Part shown: piece after piece, positions 55,768 through 64,000 of the stretch | Numbering within the stretch: position 1 is the first letter of the stretch | How the letters are laid out: every line of letters begins with the position of its first letter | Assembly (NCBI GenBank): GCA_963821235.1 | Contig: CAWGCS010000001.1 | Span: forward strand, 2,390,624 to 2,454,623 | Origin: an uncultured Chloroflexia bacterium | Lineage (GTDB): Bacteria; Chloroflexota; Limnocylindria; Limnocylindrales; CSP1-4 | DNA length: 64,000 nt | Reading direction: 5' to 3' | Notes under the pieces: generated by a model | Database searches by the model: none | Told to the model about the DNA's origin: nothing | Seen by the model: the letters and a program-made list of their open reading frames with translations, nothing else | Program-made: the position numbers and the translations under genes

Positions 55768-55965
55768 CGGACCGGGCATGGGTGGAGCCGATCGACTCCG
55801 GGTGCACCCCGGGTGTGGGTCCTCGCTTGGGAGAGCGGCACGGATGGCGAGAGGGGTCTTGGCGCCGTCGATCCGGGCTGCCGTGCTCGTCCAGGCCGTC
55901 CTGCCGCAGACGGCGGTGCGCCCGCGGGGCACGATCCGGCAGCCTGCCACCTAGACTCACCAGCC

Positions 55966-56814
55966 ATGAGTCCAGAGTCGCCGCAGCCCGGGACAGCGGG
56001 AACCGGGCCCAGGCGCCTGCGCCTGCGCTATTCCGGCACCTGCGTCCTCTGTGGAGCGGCGCTGGCCAGGGGTGCCGAGGCCCTGTATGACCCGGCGTCC
56101 AAGACCGTCCGCTGTGTCCCCTGCCCCGTCGCGGGCGCTGGCCCGACGGACGAGCCGATCGAACTCGGCGTCGCCGGCGGATCGACGACGCGCGAGTACG
56201 ACCTTCGCCGGGCGCGCCGGGCGGCGAGGATCACGGGTCGCTTCGGCCACCGGCTCGGCGGCCTGATCCTCGGCCTCACCGACGAACCCCAGTCGACCCG
56301 CGCCTGGGCGCAGGGCGCCCGCGGCGAGGAGGAGCTCGCCGCATGGCTCGCCACGATCCCCGGCGTCACGGTGCTCCACGATCGCCGGGCGCCTGGCACC
56401 CCCGCCAACATCGACCACCTCGTTGTCGCCCCGGCGGGCGTGTTCGTCGTCGACGCCAAGCTGTATGGGGGCCGGATCGAGGTCCGCGACGTGGGCGGCT
56501 TCTTCCGGACCGACCTGCGCCTCTACGTCGGCGGCCGGGACCACTCGAAGCTAGCCGAGGCGATGGCCTGGCAGGTGACCGCGGTCGAGCGGGCACTCCA
56601 GGCAGCTGCCCGCGAGGCCATGCCGCCTATCACGCCGGTGCTCTGCTTCATCAAGGGTGACTTGCCGTGGTTCCGGCCGCCGGACTCCTATCGTGGCGTC
56701 CGGCTCGAGTCCGAGCGCTCGATCCGAACGCTCGTCACCGGGGCGCAGGTGCTGGATGGGGCGGCCGTTGAGCGGCTCGCGCGCATCCTCGCGACCGCCT
56801 TCCCGCCGAGGTAG
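55966..56814 (+). CDS. NERD (nuclease-related) domain protein with N-terminal Cys4 zinc ribbon
   Basis: CVLCGAAL...VRCVPCP, then GARGEEELAAWL...VLHDRRAPGTPANIDHLVVAPAGVFVVDAKLYGG, typical of NERD. Confidence 0.85.
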   Translation: MSPESPQPGTAGTGPRRLRLRYSGTCVLCGAALARGAEALYDPASKTVRCVPCPVAGAGPTDEPIELGVAGGSTTREYDLRRARRAARITGRFGHRLGGLILGLTDEPQSTRAWAQGARGEEELAAWLATIPGVTVLHDRRAPGTPANIDHLVVAPAGVFVVDAKLYGGRIEVRDVGGFFRTDLRLYVGGRDHSKLAEAMAWQVTAVERALQAAAREAMPPITPVLCFIKGDLPWFRPPDSYRGVRLESERSIRTLVTGAQVLDGAAVERLARILATAFPPR

Positions 56815-56894
56815 CCATGCCGGGTGTCTGGTCCGCCCCTTGCATGGGAGCGGATCGCCGGCGGGTCAGGCATCCCGCGCGACAGGCCCACCGG

Positions 56895-57179
56895 CTGCTC
56901 GCAACGGTTGGCGCACCGACCGCCCTCGCTGGCTTCCACCCGTGCGAGCCATGGATCCTCCAGCTCAGCTGGACAGACTACTGGCAGCGCTCCATCCAGA
57001 GCCTGGCAGGCCACTGAGCCCGAGCCCGAGGTCGGTCTCGTCATCGACCAGCTCTACTATCCCCAGACCGGCCCAAGCACACTGGCCTCTTCACTCTCCC
57101 TGTATTCGGAGCCGGTCAGAATGACGCCGTGATGATCGATCTCATCAATATGGAAGCGCAGAGACAGAGACGACCATGA
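56895..57179 (+). pseudogene. 5'-truncated, frameshifted copy of the 150-aa cassette gene
   Basis: Three frames together reproduce the copy-1 protein: LLATVGAPTALAGFHPCEPWILQLSWTDYWQRSI / AWQATEPEPEVGLVIDQLYYPQTGP / LFTLPVFGAGQNDAVMIDLINME. There are at least two 1-nt indels relative to 55085..55360. Confidence 0.8.
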
Positions 57180-57586
57180 CAGGAACCCGGTCGATGATCG
57201 GTGATCGGAGCGGCGGGCGGCGGTCCCGGCGACGACGACTGTCACTACCTCGGGTGATGGCCATCCTGGCCGCCGTGGCCCTCCTCGTGGCAGCCTGCGG
57301 GCCTGACCGAGGAGGTGCGGTGGGAGTCGGCCTGGTCAATCGGACGGGGACCACGGTGCGGGTCACCTACGCCGTGGACGGCGTCGAGCGCCAGCTGCAG
57401 GGCGAGCCCGGCGGCGACACCATCCCGAACGGGAGAAGCGCCGAGTACAGGCTGGGCCTCGTCGTCGCCGCGGACGATCCCATGCACTGCACGGCCGGTG
57501 ACATCGTCATCCGGACACTCGACGGTCGCGAGGTCGACCGCATTCCACCTCCGGTCTGCTACGGGAACTGGCTGGCCCTGGAGTAG
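57176..57586 (+). CDS. small lipoprotein, cassette copy 2 (most divergent)
   Basis: LLVAACGPDRG lipobox and VRVTYAVDGVERQL...CTAGDIVIRTLDGREVDRIPPPVC. The ATGA junction with the pseudogene is retained. Confidence 0.7.
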   Translation: MTGTRSMIGDRSGGRRSRRRRLSLPRVMAILAAVALLVAACGPDRGGAVGVGLVNRTGTTVRVTYAVDGVERQLQGEPGGDTIPNGRSAEYRLGLVVAADDPMHCTAGDIVIRTLDGREVDRIPPPVCYGNWLALE

Positions 57587-57644
57587 CGGGCGAGTCGGTC
57601 GATCTGGCGTGCACCTCGACCACGGGTGGCTCGCCTTCGCGACA

Positions 57645-57693
57645 GCCGGTTCCTCATCGACCTCCTCGACGTCGACGTAGAGTGATCAGACAT
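57645..57693 (+). pseudogene. 3'-terminal remnant of the 150-aa cassette gene
   Basis: TTCCTCATCGACCTCCTCGACGTCGACGTAGAGTGA (..LIDLLDVDVE*) aligns with the last codons of 54908..55360 (..LIDLLNVDVEGQT*). Confidence 0.5.
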
Positions 57694-58098
57694 GACCACG
57701 AGAGAACCCCGACGATGATCGGCGAGCCTCGCAGGCCGCGATCCCGGCAACGAGCACCGGGCCGACGCTGGGCGGTCGCGATCATGGCCGCCGTGGCCCT
57801 CCTCGTGGCGGCCTGCGGGCCTGATTCAGGGATCCAAGGCATCGGGTTCAGCAACGTCACGGGCGAGACGGTTCGGGTCACCTACGTGGTGGACGGCGTG
57901 GAGCGCCACCTGGAAGGGGAGCGTTACGGCGACACCATCCGCGATGGCTACAGCGCCGGATACGACTTCGATCTCTTCGACGCCTACAACTCGAAGCGAT
58001 GCACGACCGGCGACATCATCGTCCGCACGCTCAAGGGCCGCGAGGTCAAGCGTCTGCCTCCGCCGGTCTGCAACGGAGCCCATATCGGACTCCACTAG
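57682..58098 (+). CDS. small lipoprotein, cassette copy 3
   Basis: About 88 percent nucleotide identity to copy 1 by eye. A 1-nt deletion destroys the copy-1-type ATG frame, so the conserved MIGEP ATG at 57715 is the likely start. Confidence 0.7.
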   Translation: MIRHDHERTPTMIGEPRRPRSRQRAPGRRWAVAIMAAVALLVAACGPDSGIQGIGFSNVTGETVRVTYVVDGVERHLEGERYGDTIRDGYSAGYDFDLFDAYNSKRCTTGDIIVRTLKGREVKRLPPPVCNGAHIGLH

Positions 58099-58186
58099 CG
58101 AGCCAGCGTCCGCGAAGGCGGTCGAAGGCCGTCCTGCGCAGACGGCCGTACCAGGGGCACGATCCGGCAACAGAAGAGGCCGAGAG

Positions 58187-58203
58187 GCGAGGATCCTCCT
58201 CGC
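58187..58203 (-). terminator. short hairpin downstream of tRNA-Val
   Basis: GCGAGGA-TCC-TCCTCGC: a 7-bp stem, followed on the minus strand by a T/C-rich stretch. Confidence 0.35.
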
Positions 58204-58229
58204 GCTCCCAGCCTCCATCGAGGTCACGA

Positions 58230-58306
58230 TGGTGGGCGATACTGGGCTCGAACCAGTGACCTCACGGATGTGAACCGTGCGCTCTGACCGACTGAGCTAA
58301 TCGCCC
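58230..58306 (-). tRNA. tRNA-Val (anticodon CAC), CCA encoded
   Basis: Hand-folded cloverleaf: acceptor GGGCGAT/ATCGCCC, D arm GCTC..GAGC, anticodon stem CACGG/CCGTG with loop TTCACAT, T arm ACTGG-TTCGAGC-CCAGT, then discriminator A plus CCA. Confidence 0.9.
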
Positions 58307-58315
58307 GCGGAGGGG

Positions 58316-58321
58316 AGTATA
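58316..58321 (-). promoter_or_regulatory. -10 element TATACT upstream of tRNA-Val
   Basis: TATACTCCCC lies 9 nt upstream of the mature tRNA 5' end. The same TATACTCC string is found upstream of the purA leader and ftsZ. Confidence 0.45.
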
Positions 58322-58413
58322 CCGTCCCGTCCGGGGGAACCTCGACCGCCCGGTCCACGCACTCGGCGCGCCGCGGCTCGGGCGCCCGGCAGGTCGACCC
58401 GGCAGGCCCGAGG

Positions 58414-59622
58414 TCAGCCCCGGTCGTCGAGCCAGCCGACCCGCCAGACGCGCCACAGCGCCGCGGGATCGCTGAGCGGGTCGCCGTGGACGAGGACCAG
58501 GTCGGCCGGGCCGCCCTCGCGCAGGCGCCCCGCGTCCGGCTCGCCGAGGAGCTCGCCGCCCCGAAGGGTCGCCGACGCGAGCGCCTCCCACGGCTCGAGG
58601 CCGGCCCCGACCAGCGCCTCCACCTCCCAGGCGAGCTGGTTCGCCCGGGTCGAGCCGCCCCCGAAGTCCGTCCCGGTCGCGATCCGGACACCCGCCGCCC
58701 GGGCCAGCCTGATGCTCTCCTCCGCCCGCTCGCGCCGCGCCGCGATCCGGGCCCGGCCCCCGGGCTCGGCGAAGCGCGGCAGGCGGGTCGTCTGGCCGAA
58801 CGACTCCCAGGAGCGGAAGACGGCCAGGGTCGAGACGAGGAGAGTGCCCCGGCGAGCCATCTCCGCCGCCACGTCGGCGTCCAGCTCGAAGCCGTGCTCG
58901 ATCGCGTCGACGCCACCGGACACCCCGACCCTGGTCCCGTCGAGGTTGCCGGCGTGGGCTGTCACCCGCGCCCCGCGCCCGTGGACGAGGGCGACGACCC
59001 GCTCGACCTCCCCGACCGTCCAGGGGCTGACGCCGGGCTCCGGTCCGTCCAGGTAGAGCTTCACGAGGTCGGCGCCCTCGTCGAGCTGCCCGGCGGCGGC
59101 CGCCACGAGCGCGTCGGCGTCGTCCACGGCGATCGTCCGCGACGTGGCCAGGGTGCCCCGCCACATGAGCCAGGTGCCGGCGGCCCGGATGTACGGGGCC
59201 TCGGGGCGGCCGCGCCAGCGCTCCCGGACGGCGAGGGCCAGCGCCCGGGGCGCCTCGGACCCGGGTCCCTCCACGCGCGGCGAGCCGACGTCGCGGATCC
59301 AGCGGACGCCGGCCCGGCCGAGGAGGCGCGCGTTCTGCTCGGCCGCTTCCAGGAGATCCTCGACGGGATCCTCGATCCGGGCGATCCAGGCGGCCCCGCC
59401 GGGGAGGGTGACGTGGGCGTGCGCGTCGACGAGGCCCGGGACGATCGTCGAGCCCTGCGCGTCGACGAGGCGCAGGCGCTCCCTGGGCGCCACGGGTCCC
59501 TCGTCGTCGGCCGGGCGGATCCAGGCGATCCGGCCGTCGCGGACGAGGACGCTGACGTCGAGCCGGAGGCGATCCGACGTCCCGTCGGCCAGCGCGGCGC
59601 GGCGGTAGAGAGTGGCCGTCAC
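58414..59622 (-). CDS. amidohydrolase family protein
   Basis: VPGLVDAHAHV metal-binding motif and further amidohydrolase blocks. Start placed at GTG 59622 (GTGA overlap with the DUF167 stop); the ORF start at 59652 is also possible. Confidence 0.85.
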   Translation of the reverse strand: MTATLYRRAALADGTSDRLRLDVSVLVRDGRIAWIRPADDEGPVAPRERLRLVDAQGSTIVPGLVDAHAHVTLPGGAAWIARIEDPVEDLLEAAEQNARLLGRAGVRWIRDVGSPRVEGPGSEAPRALALAVRERWRGRPEAPYIRAAGTWLMWRGTLATSRTIAVDDADALVAAAAGQLDEGADLVKLYLDGPEPGVSPWTVGEVERVVALVHGRGARVTAHAGNLDGTRVGVSGGVDAIEHGFELDADVAAEMARRGTLLVSTLAVFRSWESFGQTTRLPRFAEPGGRARIAARRERAEESIRLARAAGVRIATGTDFGGGSTRANQLAWEVEALVGAGLEPWEALASATLRGGELLGEPDAGRLREGGPADLVLVHGDPLSDPAALWRVWRVGWLDDRG

Positions 59623-59903
59623 GACCGGCCCCCGACGGCGAGGCCGGGCCACGCGGCGGCCAGTGCGGCCGGCTCCACGTCGGCCTCGACGAGCTTGCGC
59701 CGGCTCGTGGCGCCGCCGACGACGCGCACGCCGTGGCGGGCGATGCCGAGCCGCGCGGCCAGGACCCGGCAGAGGGCCTCGTTCGCCGCCCCCTCCACCG
59801 GGGCGGCCGCGACCCGGACCCGCAGCACGCCGCCCTCCCCCACCCCGTCGATCCGGTCGGTGCCACCGCGGGGCGAGAGGCGGACCGCGAACCGGGGGGT
59901 CAC
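59619..59903 (-). CDS. DUF167 (YggU-like) protein
   Basis: 94 aa: ...LRVRVAAAPVEGAANEAL...GVRVVGGATSRRKLVE. GTGA overlap with the yggT stop. Confidence 0.85.
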   Translation of the reverse strand: MTPRFAVRLSPRGGTDRIDGVGEGGVLRVRVAAAPVEGAANEALCRVLAARLGIARHGVRVVGGATSRRKLVEADVEPAALAAAWPGLAVGGRS

Positions 59904-60145
59904 AGCGAGACGAACCGCAACAGGACGCCCAGGCCCAGCATCAGGATCAGCGGCGAGAGGTCGAACATCCCCGTCTGCGGCAGGAGGCGCCGGATGGGAG
60001 CGAGCATCGGCTCCGTGAGGGCGATCACGTAGCGCGAGATCGAGTTGCGCCCCATCGGGTCGACCCAGCTCACCAGGACGCGCCCGAGCACGAGCAGCCA
60101 GAGCACGAGGACCAGGATCTCGAGGAAGTTGCGGACGAAGAGCAC
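59900..60145 (-). CDS. yggT: YggT family membrane protein
   Basis: 81 aa: LGRVLVSWVDP...LTEPMLAPIRRLLP...FDLSPLILML. Confidence 0.85.
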   Translation of the reverse strand: MLFVRNFLEILVLVLWLLVLGRVLVSWVDPMGRNSISRYVIALTEPMLAPIRRLLPQTGMFDLSPLILMLGLGVLLRFVSL

Positions 60146-60154
60146 GGCCGAATC

Positions 60155-60934
60155 CTACGCCGGGGCGACATCGGAATCGGCCGCCGGGCGCGCCTCGCCG
60201 GGCCCGGGCCGGGCTCGCTCGCCGAAGAGCGCGCGGCCGACGCGGACGATCGTGGCGCCCTCCTCGACGGCGACCTCGAAGTCGTCGCTCATCCCCATCG
60301 ACAGCTCCGGCCCCAGCCCGGGATGGGTTGCCCGCAGCTCGCCGGCGAGCCGGCGGAGCGCCGAGAACGTGGGCCGCGCCTCCTCCGGGTCGGCAACGAG
60401 GCGGCCGATCGTCATGAGCCCCCGCACGTCGAGATCGGGAAGGGCCAGCAGCTCGGGCAGCGCCCGCCCGATCGCGTCGGGTGGGAAGCCGGCCTTGGCC
60501 GGGTCGGCGTCCACGTTCACCTCCAGGAGGACCGGCAAGGGCCGGCCCGGGCGGACCTCGCCGGCGATCCGGGTGAGCCTGGCGGCGAGCTCGACCGTGT
60601 CGACGGCCTCCAGCATCTCGAAGAGCTCGATCGCCCGGCGGGCCTTGTTGGCCTGCAGCGGGCCGACCAGGTGCCAGCGCGCGCCGGGGACGAGCGGCGC
60701 CTTGGCCGCCGCCTCCTGGACGCGGTTCTCGGCCAGGACCTCGTGGCCGGCGGCGACCGCCGCCCGCAGGCGGGCCGGGTCGACCGTCTTGCTCACCGCG
60801 ACGAGGGTGACCTCGCGGGCCTCGCGTCCGGAGCGCGCGCAGGCGGCGGCGATGCGGGTCAGGACGGCCGCCCGCGCGGCGGCGAGCCCGGCGACCTCGG
60901 CGGGGTCGGGTGGCGGGAACGGGCCGGCGCCCAC
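60155..60934 (-). CDS. yggS: YggS family pyridoxal-phosphate homeostasis protein
   Basis: VTLVAVSKTV PLP-lysine motif...ENRVQEA...LSMGMSDDFEVAVEEGATIVRVG. Confidence 0.9.
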   Translation of the reverse strand: MGAGPFPPPDPAEVAGLAAARAAVLTRIAAACARSGREAREVTLVAVSKTVDPARLRAAVAAGHEVLAENRVQEAAAKAPLVPGARWHLVGPLQANKARRAIELFEMLEAVDTVELAARLTRIAGEVRPGRPLPVLLEVNVDADPAKAGFPPDAIGRALPELLALPDLDVRGLMTIGRLVADPEEARPTFSALRRLAGELRATHPGLGPELSMGMSDDFEVAVEEGATIVRVGRALFGERARPGPGEARPAADSDVAPA

Positions 60935-60943
60935 CGGCAGCGG

Positions 60944-62185
60944 CTACTTGTTGCGGCGGAGGAAGCTCGGGATCTCCAGGTCGTCCGCGTCGTAGCGCGG
61001 GCTCCTGACGCTCGTCGGCGCCGGCTCCGGGGCCACGGTCCGCTCGGCGCGCGCCGGGGGCTCGCCCCGCTCGGATCGGTCGGCGGCGCGGATCTCCGGG
61101 ATCGGGCGGGCCTCCACGTCGGCGGCGGCCCGGCGGGTCTCGAGCTCGCCGAGGAAATCGCGCTCCGGGCGGGCGACCCGCTGCAGCTCGTACGGCGAGG
61201 CGGTCGCCTCGCGGCGGACGGTCTCCCGGCGGCGGTTCGTGTCGAAGCCGGTGGCGATGACCGTGATGATCACGTCGTCGCCGAGGCGCTCGTCGAAGCT
61301 CGTCCCGAAGATGATGTTGGCCTCCGGGTCGGCCGCGGCGCGGATCTCCTCGGCTGCCTCCGTCACCTCGTAGAGGGTCAGGTTCGACGAGCCGGCGATG
61401 TTGAAGAGGATCCCCTGGGCTCCCGTGATGTTGATCTCGAGGAGCGGGCTGGCGATCGCCTGCTTGGCGGCCTCCAGGGCGCGACTCTCGCCGGATGCGC
61501 GGCCGATGCCCATGAGGGCTGACCCGGCGTCGTGCATGATCGCCTTCACGTCGGCGAAGTCGAGGTTGATGAGCCCGGGGACGGTGATGATGTCGCTGAT
61601 CCCCTGGACGCCCTGGCGCAGCACGTCGTCGACGACCCGGAACGCGTCGAGGATCGAGGTGTTCTTCTGGACGACGTCGCGGAGGCGGTCGTTGGGGATC
61701 GTGATGAGGGTGTCGACCTTCGCCTTCAGCTGCTCGGCGGCCTTCTCGGCGATGAGCTTGCGGCGGTTGCCCTCGAAGCTGAACGGCTTGGTCACGACGC
61801 CGATCGTCAGGGCCCCGAGGTCCTTGGCGATCTCGGCGATGACCGGCGCGCCGCCCGACCCGGTGCCGCCGCCGAGGCCGGCGGTGATGAAGACCATGTC
61901 GGAGTCGCGGAGCGCCTCCGTGATCTTCTCGGCGTCCTCCTCCGCGGCGCGCTGGCCGATCGACGCGTCGCCGCCGGCGCCCAGGCCGCGGGTGATCTTG
62001 TCCCCGATCCGGATCTTGTGGGGCGCGTCCGACTGCAGGAGCGCCTGGGCATCGGTGTTGATGCCGATGAACTCGACGCCCATCATCTCGGCCCGGATCA
62101 TGCGGTTGACGGCGTTGCTGCCGCCCCCGCCGACGCCGACGACGCGGATGAGCGCGAAGTTCTCCGAATCCGACCGCAGCGGCAT
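60944..62185 (-). CDS. ftsZ: cell division protein FtsZ
   Basis: [17 protein letters not shown]...GLGAGG...[14 protein letters not shown] tubulin signature. ATG 62185. The upstream part of track ORF 60944..63166 overlaps ftsA out of frame. Confidence 0.95.
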   Translation of the reverse strand: MPLRSDSENFALIRVVGVGGGGSNAVNRMIRAEMMGVEFIGINTDAQALLQSDAPHKIRIGDKITRGLGAGGDASIGQRAAEEDAEKITEALRDSDMVFITAGLGGGTGSGGAPVIAEIAKDLGALTIGVVTKPFSFEGNRRKLIAEKAAEQLKAKVDTLITIPNDRLRDVVQKNTSILDAFRVVDDVLRQGVQGISDIITVPGLINLDFADVKAIMHDAGSALMGIGRASGESRALEAAKQAIASPLLEINITGAQGILFNIAGSSNLTLYEVTEAAEEIRAAADPEANIIFGTSFDERLGDDVIITVIATGFDTNRRRETVRREATASPYELQRVARPERDFLGELETRRAAADVEARPIPEIRAADRSERGEPPARAERTVAPEPAPTSVRSPRYDADDLEIPSFLRRNK

Positions 62186-62325
62186 CGCTCGTCCTCCGGT
62201 TTGTGCGCGGCCGCCGGGGCGGCCGTCCCGGGCTCCCGGGCCCGGATCTGCAGGATCGTCTGTGCTTGCGAGTTGGACCGGTCCGGCGAGCGGGGCACGG
62301 CGCGCTGGAACGGGGACTGGCGGGG

Positions 62326-62331
62326 AGTATA
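62326..62331 (-). promoter_or_regulatory. -10 element TATACT in the ftsA-ftsZ spacer
   Basis: TATACTCCCCGCC on the minus strand, about 140 nt upstream of the ftsZ ATG, inside a 263-nt intergenic spacer. Confidence 0.4.
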
Positions 62332-62448
62332 CCGCCGCGAGCCCGGATGGGAACCCCGCCCCCTGCCAGCCGATGCGTGGGACGCGCCGCTCCGCGCGTT
62401 CGCGGCGCGTCCAGGCCCCGGGGACACTGCGCCGGGGCCGCCGCCCGC

Positions 62449-63678
62449 CTAGGGGAAGACGCTCCGCAGTGCGGCCCGGGCGCGGGCGAGGAAGCCGCCG
62501 CCCGGCGCGGAGTCGTAGGTCGCCAGCTCCGCCGCGGCGACGTGCCGGGCGCCCCACAGGAGAAGGCCGATCGCGGTCGACGAGCCCGGCTCCAGGAGAC
62601 CGTCCACGAGGCCGCCGACGTCGCTCGGAGCGGCGACCCGCACCGGCATCTCGAGGACGTCGCGCCCGAGGACGGCCGCCCCGGCCAGCTGGGCGCCTCC
62701 GCCGGTCAGGACCAGGCCGGCCGGGAGCATGCCCGGCGCGGCGGCGAGGATCTCCGTCCGCAGCATCTCGAACGTCTCCCGCATGCGAGCCTCGATGATG
62801 CGGCAGACGTCGAGGCGCTCGACGGTCCGGCCCGCCTCGTCGCCGAGGACGGTGACGCTGATCACCTCGTCCGGGTCGACGTCGGAGAGGTCGCACGTGC
62901 CGTGCTCGACCTTCAGGGCCTCGGCCACGTGGAGGCTCGTCTTGAGCCCGATCGCCACGTCGTTGGTCACGTTGGCGCCGCCCACCGGCAGGACCGCGGT
63001 GTGGAAGGCCGATCCGTCGGCGAAGAGGGTCAGGTCGATCGTGCCCGCCCCGATGTCGGCCACGGCGACGCCGAGGTCGCGTTCCGTCGGCGAGAGGACG
63101 GCCTCCGCCGAGGCGTGGCCGGCGGCCACCAGCTCGTCGATCTTGACGTCGGCCGCCGTCACGCACTTGCTCAGGTTCTGGACGGCCGTCGCGGAGGCGG
63201 TGACGATGTGCGTCTCGACCTCCAGGCGGATGGCGCTCATCCCCAGCGGGTTCATGACGCCTTCCTGGCCGTCCACCGTGTAGCCGCGGGGGATGACGTG
63301 CAGGACCTCGCGGGTCGAGGGGATCGAGACCGCGCGGGCGACCTCGATGGAGCGGTTGACGTCCTCCTGGGCGACCTCGCGACGGGGGCCGGCAACGGCG
63401 ACCTGGCCCGGCGAGTTCAGCCCTTCCACGTGGTTGCCCCCCACGCCGACGAAGGCCCGCTCGATCTTGTAGCCGGCGTGCCGCTCCGCCTTCTCGACCG
63501 CCGCCGAGATCGAGTGGACGGTCTGGTCGATGTTGACGACGACGCCCTTGCGAAGCCCCGAGGCGGGCACGATGCCCTTGCCGATGATCGTCAGGGCGCC
63601 GTCCCGGCCGACCTCGCCGATGAGCGCGACGACCTTCGTCGTCCCGACGTCGATCCCGACGAACGTCTCGCGTTCCAC
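62449..63678 (-). CDS. ftsA: cell division protein FtsA
   Basis: [17 protein letters not shown] actin-fold phosphate-1 motif...DIGAGTIDL...LTGGGAQL. Confidence 0.95.
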   Translation of the reverse strand: MERETFVGIDVGTTKVVALIGEVGRDGALTIIGKGIVPASGLRKGVVVNIDQTVHSISAAVEKAERHAGYKIERAFVGVGGNHVEGLNSPGQVAVAGPRREVAQEDVNRSIEVARAVSIPSTREVLHVIPRGYTVDGQEGVMNPLGMSAIRLEVETHIVTASATAVQNLSKCVTAADVKIDELVAAGHASAEAVLSPTERDLGVAVADIGAGTIDLTLFADGSAFHTAVLPVGGANVTNDVAIGLKTSLHVAEALKVEHGTCDLSDVDPDEVISVTVLGDEAGRTVERLDVCRIIEARMRETFEMLRTEILAAAPGMLPAGLVLTGGGAQLAGAAVLGRDVLEMPVRVAAPSDVGGLVDGLLEPGSSTAIGLLLWGARHVAAAELATYDSAPGGGFLARARAALRSVFP

Positions 63679-63722
63679 TCGTCCCGTTCCTCTCCCGTCG
63701 TCTCGCCGCCGCGGCGTCCGGC

Positions 63723-63998
63723 CTACAGGAAGTGCCGCCGGATGAGGGCCACGTTCTGGAAGATCCGCAGCCCGAACGTGATCAGCGCCACCAGGTACAG
63801 GTCCAGGCCCAGCCGATCGCCGATGAAGGTCAGGAGGACCGCCACGATCGCGTTGACCACGAACCCGCTGATGAAGATCCGGTTGTCGTAGACGCCCTCC
63901 ATCTCGGCACGGACGGCCCCGAGGACGGAGTCGAGCGCGGCGAGGATGGCTACGGCCGAGTAGCGCGAAAGCTCGAACCCGACGTTGACGTTGAGCAC
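63723..63998 (-). CDS. small basic membrane protein (DUF1290/Sbp-like)
   Basis: ...[53 protein letters not shown]. Position upstream of ftsA, as for sbp in Firmicutes. The frame is still open at the window edge, so the true start may lie beyond 64000. Confidence 0.7.
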   Translation of the reverse strand: MLNVNVGFELSRYSAVAILAALDSVLGAVRAEMEGVYDNRIFISGFVVNAIVAVLLTFIGDRLGLDLYLVALITFGLRIFQNVALIRRHFL

Positions 63999-64000
63999 GA

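Noticed and set aside
1-64000. CRISPR arrays, rRNA genes, transposases, integrases, prophage genes, toxin-antitoxin pairs.
   Set aside because: None recognised on either strand while reading the translations and the intergenic DNA. The only RNA gene I can support is tRNA-Val at 58230..58306.

Overview
Very GC-rich bacterial chromosome segment. The ORF track is full of long antisense shadow ORFs, so I called genes from recognisable protein families, GC3 bias and start/stop coupling. No tools were run: all family and motif assignments come from reading translations and from memory. Starts not taken from the track were derived as in-frame offsets and spot-checked in the sequence.

Core region, 1-42 kb:
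- A 10-gene purine operon on the minus strand, purA-purD-purB-purC-purS-purQ-purL-purF-purM-purN, with almost no intergenic DNA. It has a structured leader ending in an intrinsic terminator.
- A GGDEF/HD-GYP protein, ssb, a Ca2+/H+ antiporter and rsmI.
- A glutamine-dependent NAD synthetase split into two ORFs.
- Two convergent, paralogous 5-gene peptide-type ABC transporter operons.
- An ECF sigma/anti-sigma pair.
- The glycine cleavage operon (gcvT-H-PA-PB), preceded by NUDIX and Rossmann-fold genes.
- Aconitase.

Accessory-looking region, about 42-58.3 kb:
- Small genes: SRPBCC, TetR plus a ferric-reductase-like membrane protein, two GNATs, DinB-like, VOC, a PAS/GAF/EAL protein, a 3-TM protein, DUF4332, a B3/4-domain protein and NERD.
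- Three copies of a conserved noncoding element.
- A decaying tandem array of a two-gene cassette (150-aa protein plus small lipoprotein). The array ends at a tRNA-Val(CAC) gene.

Right end: amidohydrolase, DUF167, yggT, yggS, ftsZ, ftsA and a small basic protein. This division cluster includes ftsA, which suggests the organism is not a classical actinomycete.

I saw no rRNA, CRISPR array, transposase or integrase.

The most interesting candidates are all hypotheses that need computation or experiment:
1. A ykkC-family-like ON riboswitch in the purA leader.
2. The three-copy intergenic element.
3. The cassette/lipoprotein array next to the tRNA.
4. A 26-bp duplication that splits nadE.
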